A program made the translations under genes and the position numbers. Below are positions 19,346 through 29,302 of a stretch of DNA of 64,000 nucleotides, one piece after another (position 1 is the stretch's first letter; each line of letters starts with the position of its first letter). This DNA comes from Oligoflexales bacterium. Lineage in GTDB: Bacteria > Bdellovibrionota_B > Oligoflexia > Oligoflexales > Bog-1112. Location of the stretch: contig JBGCDR010000181.1 in the NCBI GenBank assembly GCA_045105515.1, positions 1-64,000 of the forward strand, read 5' to 3'. The notes under the pieces were generated by a model. That model saw only the letters and a program-made list of their open reading frames with translations. It ran no database searches and was not told the DNA's origin.

Positions 19346-19651
19346 TTAACAGTTAGTTTGCTCTTGTGCAATATAGGTCAAGTATCCACCTTGCAGAAAA
19401 AATACATCTTGGTCAGTCCAATTAGAGGCAATTTCCGCTGCCTGCATACTACGCATACCGGATCTGCAGTAGAAAATTGTTGGCTTGTTCTTAGGCATTG
19501 CATTTTTTCTAATACCAAAAGTCGAAAGCGGCCAATGCTCACCACCTTGGATGGTGCCGCCCTCTAATTCTTCGGGCTCTCTTACATCAACAAGCAAGGC
19601 TCCGTTACTCATCAGCTTCGAGAGCTGATTGAATGAAATATCTTTACTCAT
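19346..19651 (-). CDS. Rhodanese-like domain protein
   Basis: LVDVREPEE, YCRSGMRS, LQGGY; start at ATG 19651 after GGAGAG. Confidence 0.9.
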   Translation of the reverse strand: MSKDISFNQLSKLMSNGALLVDVREPEELEGGTIQGGEHWPLSTFGIRKNAMPKNKPTIFYCRSGMRSMQAAEIASNWTDQDVFFLQGGYLTYIAQEQTNC

Positions 19652-19816
19652 AGACAACTCTCCCAAAATGTGTCGACCATTTTTTGTGAGTTTTTATTAT
19701 ACCTAATTTTATATTGTCACATGCACCTGAGTCTATTTTCAAATAAAAAAAATAGACCGTGCAATTTTATCAGATATTAAGGCACTTTAACTTGGTAAAA
19801 AAGGGCAAGATTTGGA

Positions 19817-19894
19817 TGGCGTCCCCAGGGGGATTTGAACCCCCGTCGCCGCCGTGAAAGGGCGGTGTCCTGGGCCAGGCTAGACGATAGGGAC
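19817..19894 (-). tRNA. tRNA-Glu (TTC)
   Basis: Reverse complement folds as a cloverleaf: anticodon arm CCGCC-CTTTCAC-GGCGG, GGTTCAAATCC T-arm, encoded CCA. Confidence 0.97.
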
Positions 19895-19906
19895 CTGGTA
19901 ATCTCG

Positions 19907-19982
19907 TGGTGAGCCCACCTGGATTCGAACCAGGGACCCGCACATTAAAAGTGTGCTGCTCTGCCAGCTGAGCTATGAGCCC
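19907..19982 (-). tRNA. tRNA-Lys (TTT)
   Basis: GGGCTCATAGCTCAGCTGG..., anticodon arm GCACA-CTTTTAA-TGTGC, GGTTCGAATCC, encoded CCA. Confidence 0.97.
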
Positions 19983-20003
19983 GTACCACTCGAGATGAAA
20001 GAG

Positions 20004-20032
20004 TTTGTACTGGTACTACGTTCGTATGTCAA
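20004..20032 (-). promoter_or_regulatory. Putative sigma70 promoter of the tRNA-Lys/tRNA-Glu operon
   Basis: TTGACA-N17-TACAAA on the minus strand just upstream of tRNA-Lys. Confidence 0.55.
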
Positions 20033-20258
20033 CGAAATATTTTCACCTCATCCGGCAAGGTGTCATTTTTCAATAAAAAGAAACTCTCCCTTTAAATCCT
20101 ATTGGCCAGAGTGTATCTTAGAGCAGAAATTTCTCAGAAGATCCTATAGGATACGCTTATGCCAATTGCAATTTTATCCTCCCTACCATAAACTTCGCCT
20201 GCTCCTAGACAATTCAGGGAGGCTTTTTTAAATAGGTTCTATCATTAAGGGCAAATTA

Positions 20259-20588
20259 ATGACCGTCGTAATTAAGAAATCCAAAAAATCTTCAACTGCT
20301 GATCTACGCTCTGCCATGACAAAGCTGATATATTTGTTAGAGGGACAAAAAGAGGACGAGGCTGTTGCAGATCTGCGTATTGCCCTATCGGATATAGAAA
20401 AGTACCAAGTAGAATCAGCAGAGTTCCAGGCGGGCTTAAAACTAATCATCGAAGCTTTCGAGGGTGAACACGAGTTAAATGCTTATACCTACAAGCGCGA
20501 TAAAGAAGACCAATGGACAGAGGTGGAAGAACTATACTTGGCTAGCACCAGCGTTCTCAACCTTGTTAGAAGGCTGTTTAAACAATAG
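20259..20588 (+). CDS. Hypothetical helical protein
   Basis: 109-aa ORF with SD AAGGG, co-oriented with cls-recN. Confidence 0.65.
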   Translation: MTVVIKKSKKSSTADLRSAMTKLIYLLEGQKEDEAVADLRIALSDIEKYQVESAEFQAGLKLIIEAFEGEHELNAYTYKRDKEDQWTEVEELYLASTSVLNLVRRLFKQ

Positions 20589-20600
20589 GTCAACACTATA

Positions 20601-22037
20601 GTGCAGGCTGACCCAGCAATCATTGCCATTAGCTTTTTGTTGTACTGCTTAGCCTTTTACAACTGTTATCGTGTACTTGGTGCACGTCATTCTCCTGCAG
20701 CAAGCATTTCTTGGATTTGGGCAAACCTAACACTACCAATCATTGGCGTTCCCGCCTATTGGCTATTTGGCATGGGTAGGCTAAAAAATTATCCAGGCTA
20801 CCCCGAGCCACAGTTAGATAAACCCTCTTCACCAGAACTGAGCAACAACAACTCTGCTATAACTGATTTTTCTAGGATTTTTTCCAAGTTTGGCAATATC
20901 TTTGTTCCTTTTTCCAGCGAAGTCTGCCTTTTAAAAGATGGAACCTCAACATTTTCAGCCATCTTTGAGGCCATTAATACCGGAAAGTCATATATTTTAG
21001 TTCAGTATTACATATTGAGGTCTGACCGGTTAGGCTTGGAATTAAAGGAGTTATTAATTAGCAAGGCAAAAGAGGGACTACAGGTATTCCTCCTTTATGA
21101 CGACATGGGCTCTTTTTGGCTTTCTAAGCAGTATATTAGAGACCTAAGGTTAGCAGGCGTACATACCGCGACTTTTTTGCCCGTCTTTAGTTTAAAACGG
21201 TTTTATTTAATGAATTACCGCAACCACCGCAAACTCGTAGTGGTAGACGGACGAATAGCTTTTACAGGCGGGCTTAATGTCGGTGAAGAATATGCTGCCT
21301 CACGCTTCGGGAGGCATAGATACTGGCGGGACACCCATATGTCCATTACAGGCAAAAGCGTTAGACAACTTGAAGCCATCTTCGTTGGTGATTGGGAATT
21401 CTCAACTGGGAAAAAGATACTTGATAAGCTTGTAAAACCAAGAACTGGAAAAGCAACTAACAAACATCCCACCTCAATTTCTAGCTTTGAACAAAGCATC
21501 CTAGTAGTTCCCTCTGGGCCTTACGATCAAACGAATATAGGTATGCTTCTTTTCATGCAAATCATCCATGGTGCAAAGAAAAAGCTCTGGGTTTCGACCC
21601 CATACTTTGTCCCTGATGAAGCACTACAAAAAGGCCTAGAATTAGCTGTACTTAAAGGGATAGATGTAAAAATTCTTCTCCCAAAGCATTCTGAACAATT
21701 GCTCGTTCATTGGGTTACATTATCTTATGCCGAGCAGATGCAAAGAGCAGGAGTACAAGTTTATCTTTACGAAAAGGGATTTATCCATCAAAAGGTAATC
21801 TTGATTGATGAGGATGTTGCCTTTGTTGGTACAAGCAACTTCGACAACAGAACCTTATATTTGAACTGCGAGTTGATGCTAGGTGTTTTTGGCGAAGATT
21901 TCAATAAGCAAATCAAGTCGATGCTTAATGATGACTTTAAGAGTGCCAAGGTTTTTACACCAAAGAAAGACAGATTGATACGAAAGCTCATTCGCCTACG
22001 AGCAAACGGAGCCCGTTTATTGGCTCCACTACTATAA
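20601..22037 (+). CDS. cls: Cardiolipin synthase
   Basis: Two N-terminal TM helices, two HKD motifs (HRKLVVVD, HQKVILID), TPYFVPD. Confidence 0.92.
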   Translation: MQADPAIIAISFLLYCLAFYNCYRVLGARHSPAASISWIWANLTLPIIGVPAYWLFGMGRLKNYPGYPEPQLDKPSSPELSNNNSAITDFSRIFSKFGNIFVPFSSEVCLLKDGTSTFSAIFEAINTGKSYILVQYYILRSDRLGLELKELLISKAKEGLQVFLLYDDMGSFWLSKQYIRDLRLAGVHTATFLPVFSLKRFYLMNYRNHRKLVVVDGRIAFTGGLNVGEEYAASRFGRHRYWRDTHMSITGKSVRQLEAIFVGDWEFSTGKKILDKLVKPRTGKATNKHPTSISSFEQSILVVPSGPYDQTNIGMLLFMQIIHGAKKKLWVSTPYFVPDEALQKGLELAVLKGIDVKILLPKHSEQLLVHWVTLSYAEQMQRAGVQVYLYEKGFIHQKVILIDEDVAFVGTSNFDNRTLYLNCELMLGVFGEDFNKQIKSMLNDDFKSAKVFTPKKDRLIRKLIRLRANGARLLAPLL

Positions 22038-22068
22038 ATCTCATCCATATTTGCATGAGGATTTTCAC

Positions 22069-23859
22069 ATGTTGACTCGACTTGAAGTTCAGGGCCTTGT
22101 CTTGATCAAGCATATAGAGGTCTCTTTTTCTTCTGGGTTTCACGTAATCACTGGTGAAACAGGAGCGGGAAAGTCTATATTAATAAAAGCCATTCACCTG
22201 CTCCTCGGAGGTAAGGCATCAGCTGATACGATTGCAAAAGGCTGCAAGCAAGCAAGTGCAACGGGAAGTTTTCGTATTCCGAGCTCTCATAAGTGTTTTA
22301 AAGTTTTAGAAAGCTTAGGCGTTCCACAAATAAAGGACGGTGACAACCTATTAGTACGCAGGACTATCACCACAAAAGGACGCTCGTATTGTTGGATCAA
22401 TGATACTCCTTTGACCATCAGTAGTCTGAGGCTTGTTGGTGAGACTCTGATCGATGTTTTTGCCCAACACGACAACCAAAAACTTTTAGATGAAAGTAGC
22501 CACACTCGCCAACTTGACGCATTTATCAAGACAAAAAATTGCTATGAAAACTATCGATCTTCCTACAAAAAAACTGTTGAATATTATTCAACTCTGCAAA
22601 CCCTTGTTATGGACTTAAAGAAAAAGCTCCAGAGTCAAGACTATACCCTATTCAGGCAAAACCAGATGAAAGAATTAAATCCATGCCAGGAAGAGTACCT
22701 TGATTTAATAACTTTTTGTAAAAAAGCAGAAGGCAATTTCCAGAAAAAACAGCACCTACTTGCTGTCGTAAAAACTTTAAATGAGGGCCACGATGGAAAA
22801 TCTCTCAGTCAAGCTCTATGGAGCAGTAAAGACAAGCTCCTAAATACACCTGGCAACTGTGAAAAAAGCAAAAAAATGGGCACTAATATCGAAGAACTAG
22901 CTACTTCCCTGGATGATATTAGTTACGAGTTAGAACAACTCGTTGAAACAATTGGCTTAGACGAAGATAAATTGGAGCAAGCACAGTCACGACTTGCAGA
23001 GTATCAAACATTTATGCGGAAACTTAGTTTTTCGGATATAAAACAACTTTTAGAAGAACAACAAAATATTGAAAGAGAAATCTCATATCTCGAAACTGCT
23101 ACTGAAGGAATTGCGACCGCTCTTAAGCAACTCACCGCTCAATGTAAGAAACTACTACTGGCTGGTGAGCGGTTAAGTAAGGGCAGAAAAGAAGCTGTTG
23201 GTTCGATACGTAAAAAAGTTATTCAAGAATTTGCAGATTTGGGCATGAAAGCAACAAAACTCGATGTGGAATTTATCAATCAAAAGGAAGCTCCACTTAG
23301 TTTAGATCTGAGCATCCTAGGAGATGAATTTTTGCAAGACTATGCTCTTGAGTGGAAATCAATTTGTAAAATTCTATCCAAATTTAAAGAAGAAGGACAA
23401 GAAAAGGTTAGATTTCTCCTTGCAACTAATCCTGGAGAAGATCCGAAGCCGCTAAGCAAAATCGCTTCCGGAGGAGAAGTCTCACGAATTATGCTCGCTT
23501 TGAAGCGAGCGCTCATTGCTGAAGCTGAAACATGTATTTTAGTTTTTGATGAAATTGATACCGGAATATCGGGTAGAGTAGCAGATATGGTTGGCAAAAA
23601 ACTTCGCGAAATGGCAGATGGTGTTCAAATCATCTGTATTTCACATCTTGCTCAAGTTGCTTCCTATGCTCATCATCACCTACAAGTAAGTAAAACCGTA
23701 AGTAAAAATAAAGCAGCGCAGGTAGATCTAAAGACCTTGAATGAACAAGAAAAAGTTGAGGAAATAGCAAGACTACTATCAGGTGATGAGATCACTCAGC
23801 TAAGCCTTGCTAACGCCAAAAGCTTGGTGGAAAGAATTAACGAGTCTACATTGGCGTAA
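22069..23859 (+). CDS. recN: DNA repair protein RecN
   Basis: ITGETGAGKSIL Walker A, ASGGEVSRIMLALK, FDEIDTGISG, CISHLAQVA. Confidence 0.95.
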   Translation: MLTRLEVQGLVLIKHIEVSFSSGFHVITGETGAGKSILIKAIHLLLGGKASADTIAKGCKQASATGSFRIPSSHKCFKVLESLGVPQIKDGDNLLVRRTITTKGRSYCWINDTPLTISSLRLVGETLIDVFAQHDNQKLLDESSHTRQLDAFIKTKNCYENYRSSYKKTVEYYSTLQTLVMDLKKKLQSQDYTLFRQNQMKELNPCQEEYLDLITFCKKAEGNFQKKQHLLAVVKTLNEGHDGKSLSQALWSSKDKLLNTPGNCEKSKKMGTNIEELATSLDDISYELEQLVETIGLDEDKLEQAQSRLAEYQTFMRKLSFSDIKQLLEEQQNIEREISYLETATEGIATALKQLTAQCKKLLLAGERLSKGRKEAVGSIRKKVIQEFADLGMKATKLDVEFINQKEAPLSLDLSILGDEFLQDYALEWKSICKILSKFKEEGQEKVRFLLATNPGEDPKPLSKIASGGEVSRIMLALKRALIAEAETCILVFDEIDTGISGRVADMVGKKLREMADGVQIICISHLAQVASYAHHHLQVSKTVSKNKAAQVDLKTLNEQEKVEEIARLLSGDEITQLSLANAKSLVERINESTLA

Positions 23860-25369
23860 GAGGTCTCAGTAATTCTTCCGAGTGCATTGCTTTTCGTTCC
23901 TGTTTTTCCTTTTGCAAGGAAAACATCCTTTCTGTCTGTTTTGCTTTTTTTTCAGGGAGATAAAATGGAACTTCGATATGAGTAGTCACTCCAGGCTTGA
24001 CGTAAACGGTCTGTTTATATACCTGTCTATCAATATCGGAAATCATTGTATACCGGGTTAAGGAGTAAGCACCTGCTATGAGAGTCATAGTCGTTTCTCG
24101 ATCGGAGCTGATATCATGAGAGTGCCCACTAAACTGTTCACCTAATACCTCTAGTCGTAATAGGTCAGTTAGATACGCAGGCTTGTAATATGGTTTTGGT
24201 GTTATCTTTACTTTGCCTACATATAACTTCAGATTATCTTTCTTAAGTGGTAGTCGATAACGAATTCCTTTAGATCCCTCAATACCAACTTCAATGCTAT
24301 CATTCTTGTAGAGAATCGGCACATCAGAGATGCTCTCAAGAAATGGATATTGCTGACCAGATAAATACAAACTTACTTCTCTCTTACCTAGGCATTCCCA
24401 CTCCCAAGGTGAGCACCCTAAATCCACATGAATGCTTTTCATATTTAGCTGTGAGGTTTGATTTTCAACTAAGTCAACAAAATGATATCGATTTGAGCCA
24501 TCAATTCTGAGCTTCGCTTTACCAGGTAAAACAGGGTAAAAGATATCAACCTCAAGTGAATGATGATCGTTGAGCTCAATGTTAAACGGGTTACCTCTTA
24601 TTTTTGTAAACAAGTCTAGGTCGATCTTAGGAGAAGTGTTTATTTTCAAACCTGCGGGGTGAATTAACCGCGATTCTTTTTCTTTTAGATTTACGAGACT
24701 GTCGGTCCCATTTACATAAACCACATAGGCTCCTGGAAGCAGAAATTGCCATTTACCAAAGGTCTGAGCCTGAGTTATGGATAATAAATCATTGCTTGGA
24801 GATATAAAGTACAAGGAATATGGGCTATTATTTTGAACCCATTTAGCTACCTGAAAAGCTGAAAGCTGGTAAGAAATCACCTTTGGTTTAAGATCTTTAG
24901 TCTGTGGGAAATCTATCTTCAAAGGCAGCATACCTACCAAGAGATCTCTAGCTCCTGAGATCATATGAAAGGAAAACCGGTTAGTGATCTGCTGTTTCAA
25001 ATGTGAACCATCGTAGCGACTACATTGGATAGAAAACAAATCACCCTCTTCCGGGGGATGTGGAGGGATAAACTCGACCTTGTGAGCTACTGTATGAAAA
25101 CGTTCTCCTGGTAAAATTGTCACCGTCTGGTGGGAGCAATCGGCAAGTACCAAATAGCTACCCGGAGATAAGGCTAAGTCCTGATTAAAAAAACCCATAT
25201 GTTCAGCGACATACTGGAGGCTAGAGTCTCCAGCAATGCTATATAATTCATAAGTTCCTTCTGATGGAGCAGAAATATGCAATACCCCTTTTTCCTGAGA
25301 GCGTTGGCACCCAAGAGGAAAAAAAAGGATATAGGTGAGCAGGAGCTTTAGTATTGAATGCAGGTACAC
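23846..25369 (-). CDS. Hypothetical beta-rich lipoprotein
   Basis: Lipobox PLGC; repeated beta-sandwich-like 'L.PG.Y' segments. Confidence 0.65.
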   Translation of the reverse strand: MYLHSILKLLLTYILFFPLGCQRSQEKGVLHISAPSEGTYELYSIAGDSSLQYVAEHMGFFNQDLALSPGSYLVLADCSHQTVTILPGERFHTVAHKVEFIPPHPPEEGDLFSIQCSRYDGSHLKQQITNRFSFHMISGARDLLVGMLPLKIDFPQTKDLKPKVISYQLSAFQVAKWVQNNSPYSLYFISPSNDLLSITQAQTFGKWQFLLPGAYVVYVNGTDSLVNLKEKESRLIHPAGLKINTSPKIDLDLFTKIRGNPFNIELNDHHSLEVDIFYPVLPGKAKLRIDGSNRYHFVDLVENQTSQLNMKSIHVDLGCSPWEWECLGKREVSLYLSGQQYPFLESISDVPILYKNDSIEVGIEGSKGIRYRLPLKKDNLKLYVGKVKITPKPYYKPAYLTDLLRLEVLGEQFSGHSHDISSDRETTMTLIAGAYSLTRYTMISDIDRQVYKQTVYVKPGVTTHIEVPFYLPEKKAKQTERMFSLQKEKQERKAMHSEELLRPLTPM

Positions 25370-25428
25370 GGTTTTGATCTCCCTAATTGCATCTATCTTG
25401 CTGGAAGATCAATTATCTCTATTATTGG

Positions 25429-26175
25429 CTAGAAGGCAAATGTCACATTTCCGCTAAGCTGAGCACTCATTAAAGTTCCGGCTCCCAAATGTAGGCGAGC
25501 TCCAACGGAGAGTTTTTCCATGGCAAGCCAGTCTACCCCTCCCCCAAACACCAAAGCAGCTCCAGTATCTTCTGGCTGCTTTTCATCAGCAAGTCCAATA
25601 ATATCATTCAAATGAATCATGATAATTCCAAGCTCACCGGAAGCAACAGCCGTAAGTCCTTTGCCTAGAGGTAATGACCATCCCCCACCAAATAAATAAG
25701 ACTCAACAACCCCTGTATAAGCCTCGGAGGGTGTCTCCTCATCTAAGTGAGGCGCAACATCCATGGGTGCATAACGAAAAGTGCCTGATAATTCGCCTCC
25801 CACAAGCTGTTTCCCAAGTTTGTAAGTAAGAGTTACATCACTTGATCCACTTGCTCTCCAATGGGCGCTGCCACCTTGAATGTAAGCAAAACCATAGCTA
25901 GTCCCTATGAACAACTTGTCAGCAATATGCTTACTAAGCTTACTTCTGACCATATCTTCCGCAGGTTTTTCACTAACAGTAGGGTCGGCATTATCGATCT
26001 CGGCCCCTGGCACAGAAGGAGGTGCTAGGTCTTGCTCTGGAGCCGAAGATGGAGGAGGAGGAGGAGTTGGAGCTAACTCATTCAGACCTTTTCCCCAGCT
26101 CTGAGAACTAGCTAAACTAACAGCAAGTACCCAGAGGTAACAAAACCTTTGCGGTGGTCTTAGGTTAAACCACAT
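25429..26175 (-). CDS. Small outer-membrane beta-barrel protein with Pro-rich N-terminal linker
   Basis: Signal peptide, poly-Pro linker, alternating beta strands, C-terminal Phe (VTFAF). Confidence 0.65.
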   Translation of the reverse strand: MWFNLRPPQRFCYLWVLAVSLASSQSWGKGLNELAPTPPPPPSSAPEQDLAPPSVPGAEIDNADPTVSEKPAEDMVRSKLSKHIADKLFIGTSYGFAYIQGGSAHWRASGSSDVTLTYKLGKQLVGGELSGTFRYAPMDVAPHLDEETPSEAYTGVVESYLFGGGWSLPLGKGLTAVASGELGIIMIHLNDIIGLADEKQPEDTGAALVFGGGVDWLAMEKLSVGARLHLGAGTLMSAQLSGNVTFAF

Positions 26176-26191
26176 TAGTTAGAACCTCCCA

Positions 26192-27295
26192 TCAAATTAG
26201 TAGTTTTAACTGCATCGTGTAGCGGCGTTCAGCAAGATCATCATGTGTACCTACCACAGGAGCATGGTCCACTGCGTAAGTAGCAAATCTCAAATTAAGT
26301 AAACCAACATCGAATTGAAATCCAGCGGTCAAATAGCCCTCTTTAAGGCCCGTTTGGACTTTAATAATTTCCGAATACCCCCACTCAAGTCCCATATTAA
26401 GCTTATGAGAATAATGAACAGGTTGATTGATCATATGTGCATCAACAGCAGCAAGGACGTACATACGATCAGTTTTTATAGGTTTAATACTAAATCCAGT
26501 ATTTACTGAAGGAAGCCTAGCTTCTGGAGCACCAATGGATGTACTTCCAACATCCATTTTCTCGTAAACAGTGCCTCCAACATCGGTAATACTAAGCCCA
26601 AAAGTAGGTTCCATGGTCTTAATGGGTGTGAACAGCATACCCACATCAGCACCTACACCCGAACCTCCTTCTACAAACCCCTCTAAATCTTCAGGATCAG
26701 TTAAAGCTGAAATGGTTTGGATCGTAAAATTCGCCTTTATACCACCTTTTGCAATAAGCTTTAGCGATCCCCCTATGCTTAGACGATCCTCAAGAAAATT
26801 CATTGCAAAAGATATTGGGGCCACAAGCCTTGGACCAGTTTCAAACTCAATATTTATATTGCTATGGGCTACAAGTGAAAATGGTAGCGATAGACCGACC
26901 CCAAGACCAAAATGCTTAAATATCAGATGAGGAGTGAGGTACCCTGCCATATGATGAATTTTGCCAGTTTGTGCTTGGAAAAGGTCAAGCACATCTGATG
27001 TTTGCTCGAAAGAGCCACTAGGAAGCTCTAGCAATTCATTGATAAAGTCGACGGTGCTCTTACCAATTTCAAGTGCCGGATTCAAAAATTCTCCATCCCA
27101 CTCTTTTAGTCGAGCTAAGCCGGCTGGATTGTAAAATAAAGCGTTATAGTCATCTGCAACAGCAACATAGGCATTCCCCATAGCCAAAGGACGCATGCCA
27201 AAGTGAGTCCATCGCAGCTCTTTTGCGACGAGAGCAGTGCTTGTAAAAAGCACGCAAAGACAAATGAAATACCGCACAGTCTGCCTGCAATCCAT
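26192..27295 (-). CDS. Outer-membrane beta-barrel, TraF-like/FadL superfamily
   Basis: RPLAMGNAYVAVADDYNALFYNPAGLA, GVGADVG; start at ATG 27295 after AGGAG (ORF open from 27358). Confidence 0.8.
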   Translation of the reverse strand: MDCRQTVRYFICLCVLFTSTALVAKELRWTHFGMRPLAMGNAYVAVADDYNALFYNPAGLARLKEWDGEFLNPALEIGKSTVDFINELLELPSGSFEQTSDVLDLFQAQTGKIHHMAGYLTPHLIFKHFGLGVGLSLPFSLVAHSNINIEFETGPRLVAPISFAMNFLEDRLSIGGSLKLIAKGGIKANFTIQTISALTDPEDLEGFVEGGSGVGADVGMLFTPIKTMEPTFGLSITDVGGTVYEKMDVGSTSIGAPEARLPSVNTGFSIKPIKTDRMYVLAAVDAHMINQPVHYSHKLNMGLEWGYSEIIKVQTGLKEGYLTAGFQFDVGLLNLRFATYAVDHAPVVGTHDDLAERRYTMQLKLLI

Positions 27296-27575
27296 TCTTG
27301 TAAGCTCCTGGGTTTGAAAGAAGTTCAAGCGAATCAATCTAACCAACTGCAAAAACACATAATTACTATTGTTGAATTGACCTTCATTGTATCACACTCA
27401 GGATTGGAAAGACTAAGCTAAGGTGTATTGGCGTTACAATTCTTATGAAAAAAAGCTGGCGGCTCACAGCGTTGAACGTGTATAAGTTCAATGCTAATAT
27501 GGGCCAATGCTACTAATTATTAAATTCCCCAATACTAGCTAGATAAAAACTAAAAGGTGCAGGAGCAAGGTCAAA

Positions 27576-28169
27576 ATGACAAAAGCGGATGTGGCTGCAG
27601 AGCGGAAGAATCAAATTGTTAGAGCAACTGTAGATTGCATTGCAAAATACGGGTATCATAATTTCTCAATGCAAGATGTTGCGAGAACTGCTGGAGTAAG
27701 TAAAGGGATTATACATTATTATTTCTTGAATAAAGATGACCTCATGATGTCAGTCTTGGACAAAGTTGCCTCTGATATAGAGCGTGTCCTCCATGCTGAC
27801 ATGGACTCAATTGACAATCCTAAGAAGAAATTAGAAATATTCATTGACATTTGTCTTGACGTTGTCAGAAGCACCAAAGAATACTACCAAGTGAACATGG
27901 ATTTTTGGACTCAAATAAATCAAAAAGAAGAAGTAAGGCAAGTAATTGCGAAACATTATGTTAAATTCAGAGAAACATGCTCGAAAGTAATAATAGAAGG
28001 AATAAAAAAGGGACAATTTGTTTCTGTTGAACCATATGAATACAGTTCCTATATAATAGCAGTTATAGATGGTATCAGCCTTCAGTGGCTATTTGATGAA
28101 AAAGTTTTTAATTACGATAAAATGTCAAAGCAAATCTGTCAGTTAATTATGAGGGGTTTGTTGCCTTAA
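27576..28169 (+). CDS. TetR/AcrR family transcriptional regulator (BetI-like)
   Basis: HTH SMQDVARTAGVSKGIIHYYFLNKDDL; C-terminal AVIDGISLQW. Confidence 0.92.
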   Translation: MTKADVAAERKNQIVRATVDCIAKYGYHNFSMQDVARTAGVSKGIIHYYFLNKDDLMMSVLDKVASDIERVLHADMDSIDNPKKKLEIFIDICLDVVRSTKEYYQVNMDFWTQINQKEEVRQVIAKHYVKFRETCSKVIIEGIKKGQFVSVEPYEYSSYIIAVIDGISLQWLFDEKVFNYDKMSKQICQLIMRGLLP

Positions 28170-28180
28170 ATCCTAACTTA

Positions 28181-29302
28181 ATGAGAAGAACTATGACTTT
28201 TGATGTAAGGGATAAGACTTTGGAGCAGGTCAATTCCATGGTACTAAAAGTCAGAACGAAGGAAGCCCTCAGTGAAGAGGAAATTAGTAATTTTTTAAAC
28301 ACCTTCGAAAGTTACGAATGTTGGACCCCTTATCTGATGTTGTTAAGCTCGAAGCTTGACATATCTGATTCGCCCAATAAAAAAGATTACTATATTTCTT
28401 ATATCAAGACCCAAAACATTCACTTAAAAAATTCATCTGGCGCCTTAAGCATGTGTAAGCGCATGATAAAGGATCTCAACCTGAGTTTTATGGAGTTTTG
28501 GTCTAAGGTGCTTCCAGAGATTTCCTTAAAACAAGACCATGAAAGTAAAGCTGCTTTTCTTAAAACTGCGTCAACCCAATTTAAGACGATACCCGAACAG
28601 GTGGCATGCCTAGAACACCTTGGCATGATCTATGACAAGAAGATCCACCTTGAGCATGAATTACCAGATGTTTACGAAAAGATACTCGAACTGGATCCTA
28701 GCAATGTAAAAGCCCTTAAGTATTTTAAAGCGGTATTCACACAGACAGGTTCCTGGGAAGAAGTGGCTGGAGCATTAGGAAGACTATTGAAAGCTGTAAG
28801 CCACAAAAATGAGGAATACCGGGTTGCCCAAGAGTTGGCAGGAGTTTTTTTATACCAGCTTAACAACCCGCAAAAAGCTATCGACGTGTTAGAAAAGTAC
28901 TGTGCACAGAGCCCACTGGACACTTCCACCATCCACTACGATGCTTATGCTAGCCTTCAGGATTGGTCCGGCTGCTTAAAGGTATTAAACCGCTGTATTT
29001 TAACCACTGAGGAAGATACGGTCCAAGCAACTCTTTACTACCGAATAGGCCAACTTCACGCCCAGCTTGGCAATAATTCCGCAGCAGATTCCAGCCTACA
29101 AAAATCCCTAGAGCTTTGGCCACAATTTTTAGAGCCATTAGAGGAACTCATACACATTGCTGTCGATAAAAAAGATTGGCCTACTTTAAAAAAATACTTA
29201 GAAACTCTCGAAAATCTGATACAAGGGGAAGACCAAAAGCGAAAAGTTGCCTCCCTCATTGACGTCATAAAAGGGTGCCTAGGGAATGAAAAAATCGAAT
29301 GA
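28181..29302 (+). CDS. Tetratricopeptide repeat protein
   Basis: YEKILELDPSNVKAL, LYYRIGQLHAQLG...KSLELWP. Confidence 0.75.
   Translation: MRRTMTFDVRDKTLEQVNSMVLKVRTKEALSEEEISNFLNTFESYECWTPYLMLLSSKLDISDSPNKKDYYISYIKTQNIHLKNSSGALSMCKRMIKDLNLSFMEFWSKVLPEISLKQDHESKAAFLKTASTQFKTIPEQVACLEHLGMIYDKKIHLEHELPDVYEKILELDPSNVKALKYFKAVFTQTGSWEEVAGALGRLLKAVSHKNEEYRVAQELAGVFLYQLNNPQKAIDVLEKYCAQSPLDTSTIHYDAYASLQDWSGCLKVLNRCILTTEEDTVQATLYYRIGQLHAQLGNNSAADSSLQKSLELWPQFLEPLEELIHIAVDKKDWPTLKKYLETLENLIQGEDQKRKVASLIDVIKGCLGNEKIE

Noticed and set aside
19817..19982. tRNA-anchored genomic island
   Set aside because: No integrase nearby and I saw no duplicate of either tRNA 3' end in the window
26192..27358. Conjugative element suggested by TraF-like barrels
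   Set aside because: No relaxase, coupling protein or T4SS genes; the TraF label reflects only the barrel family
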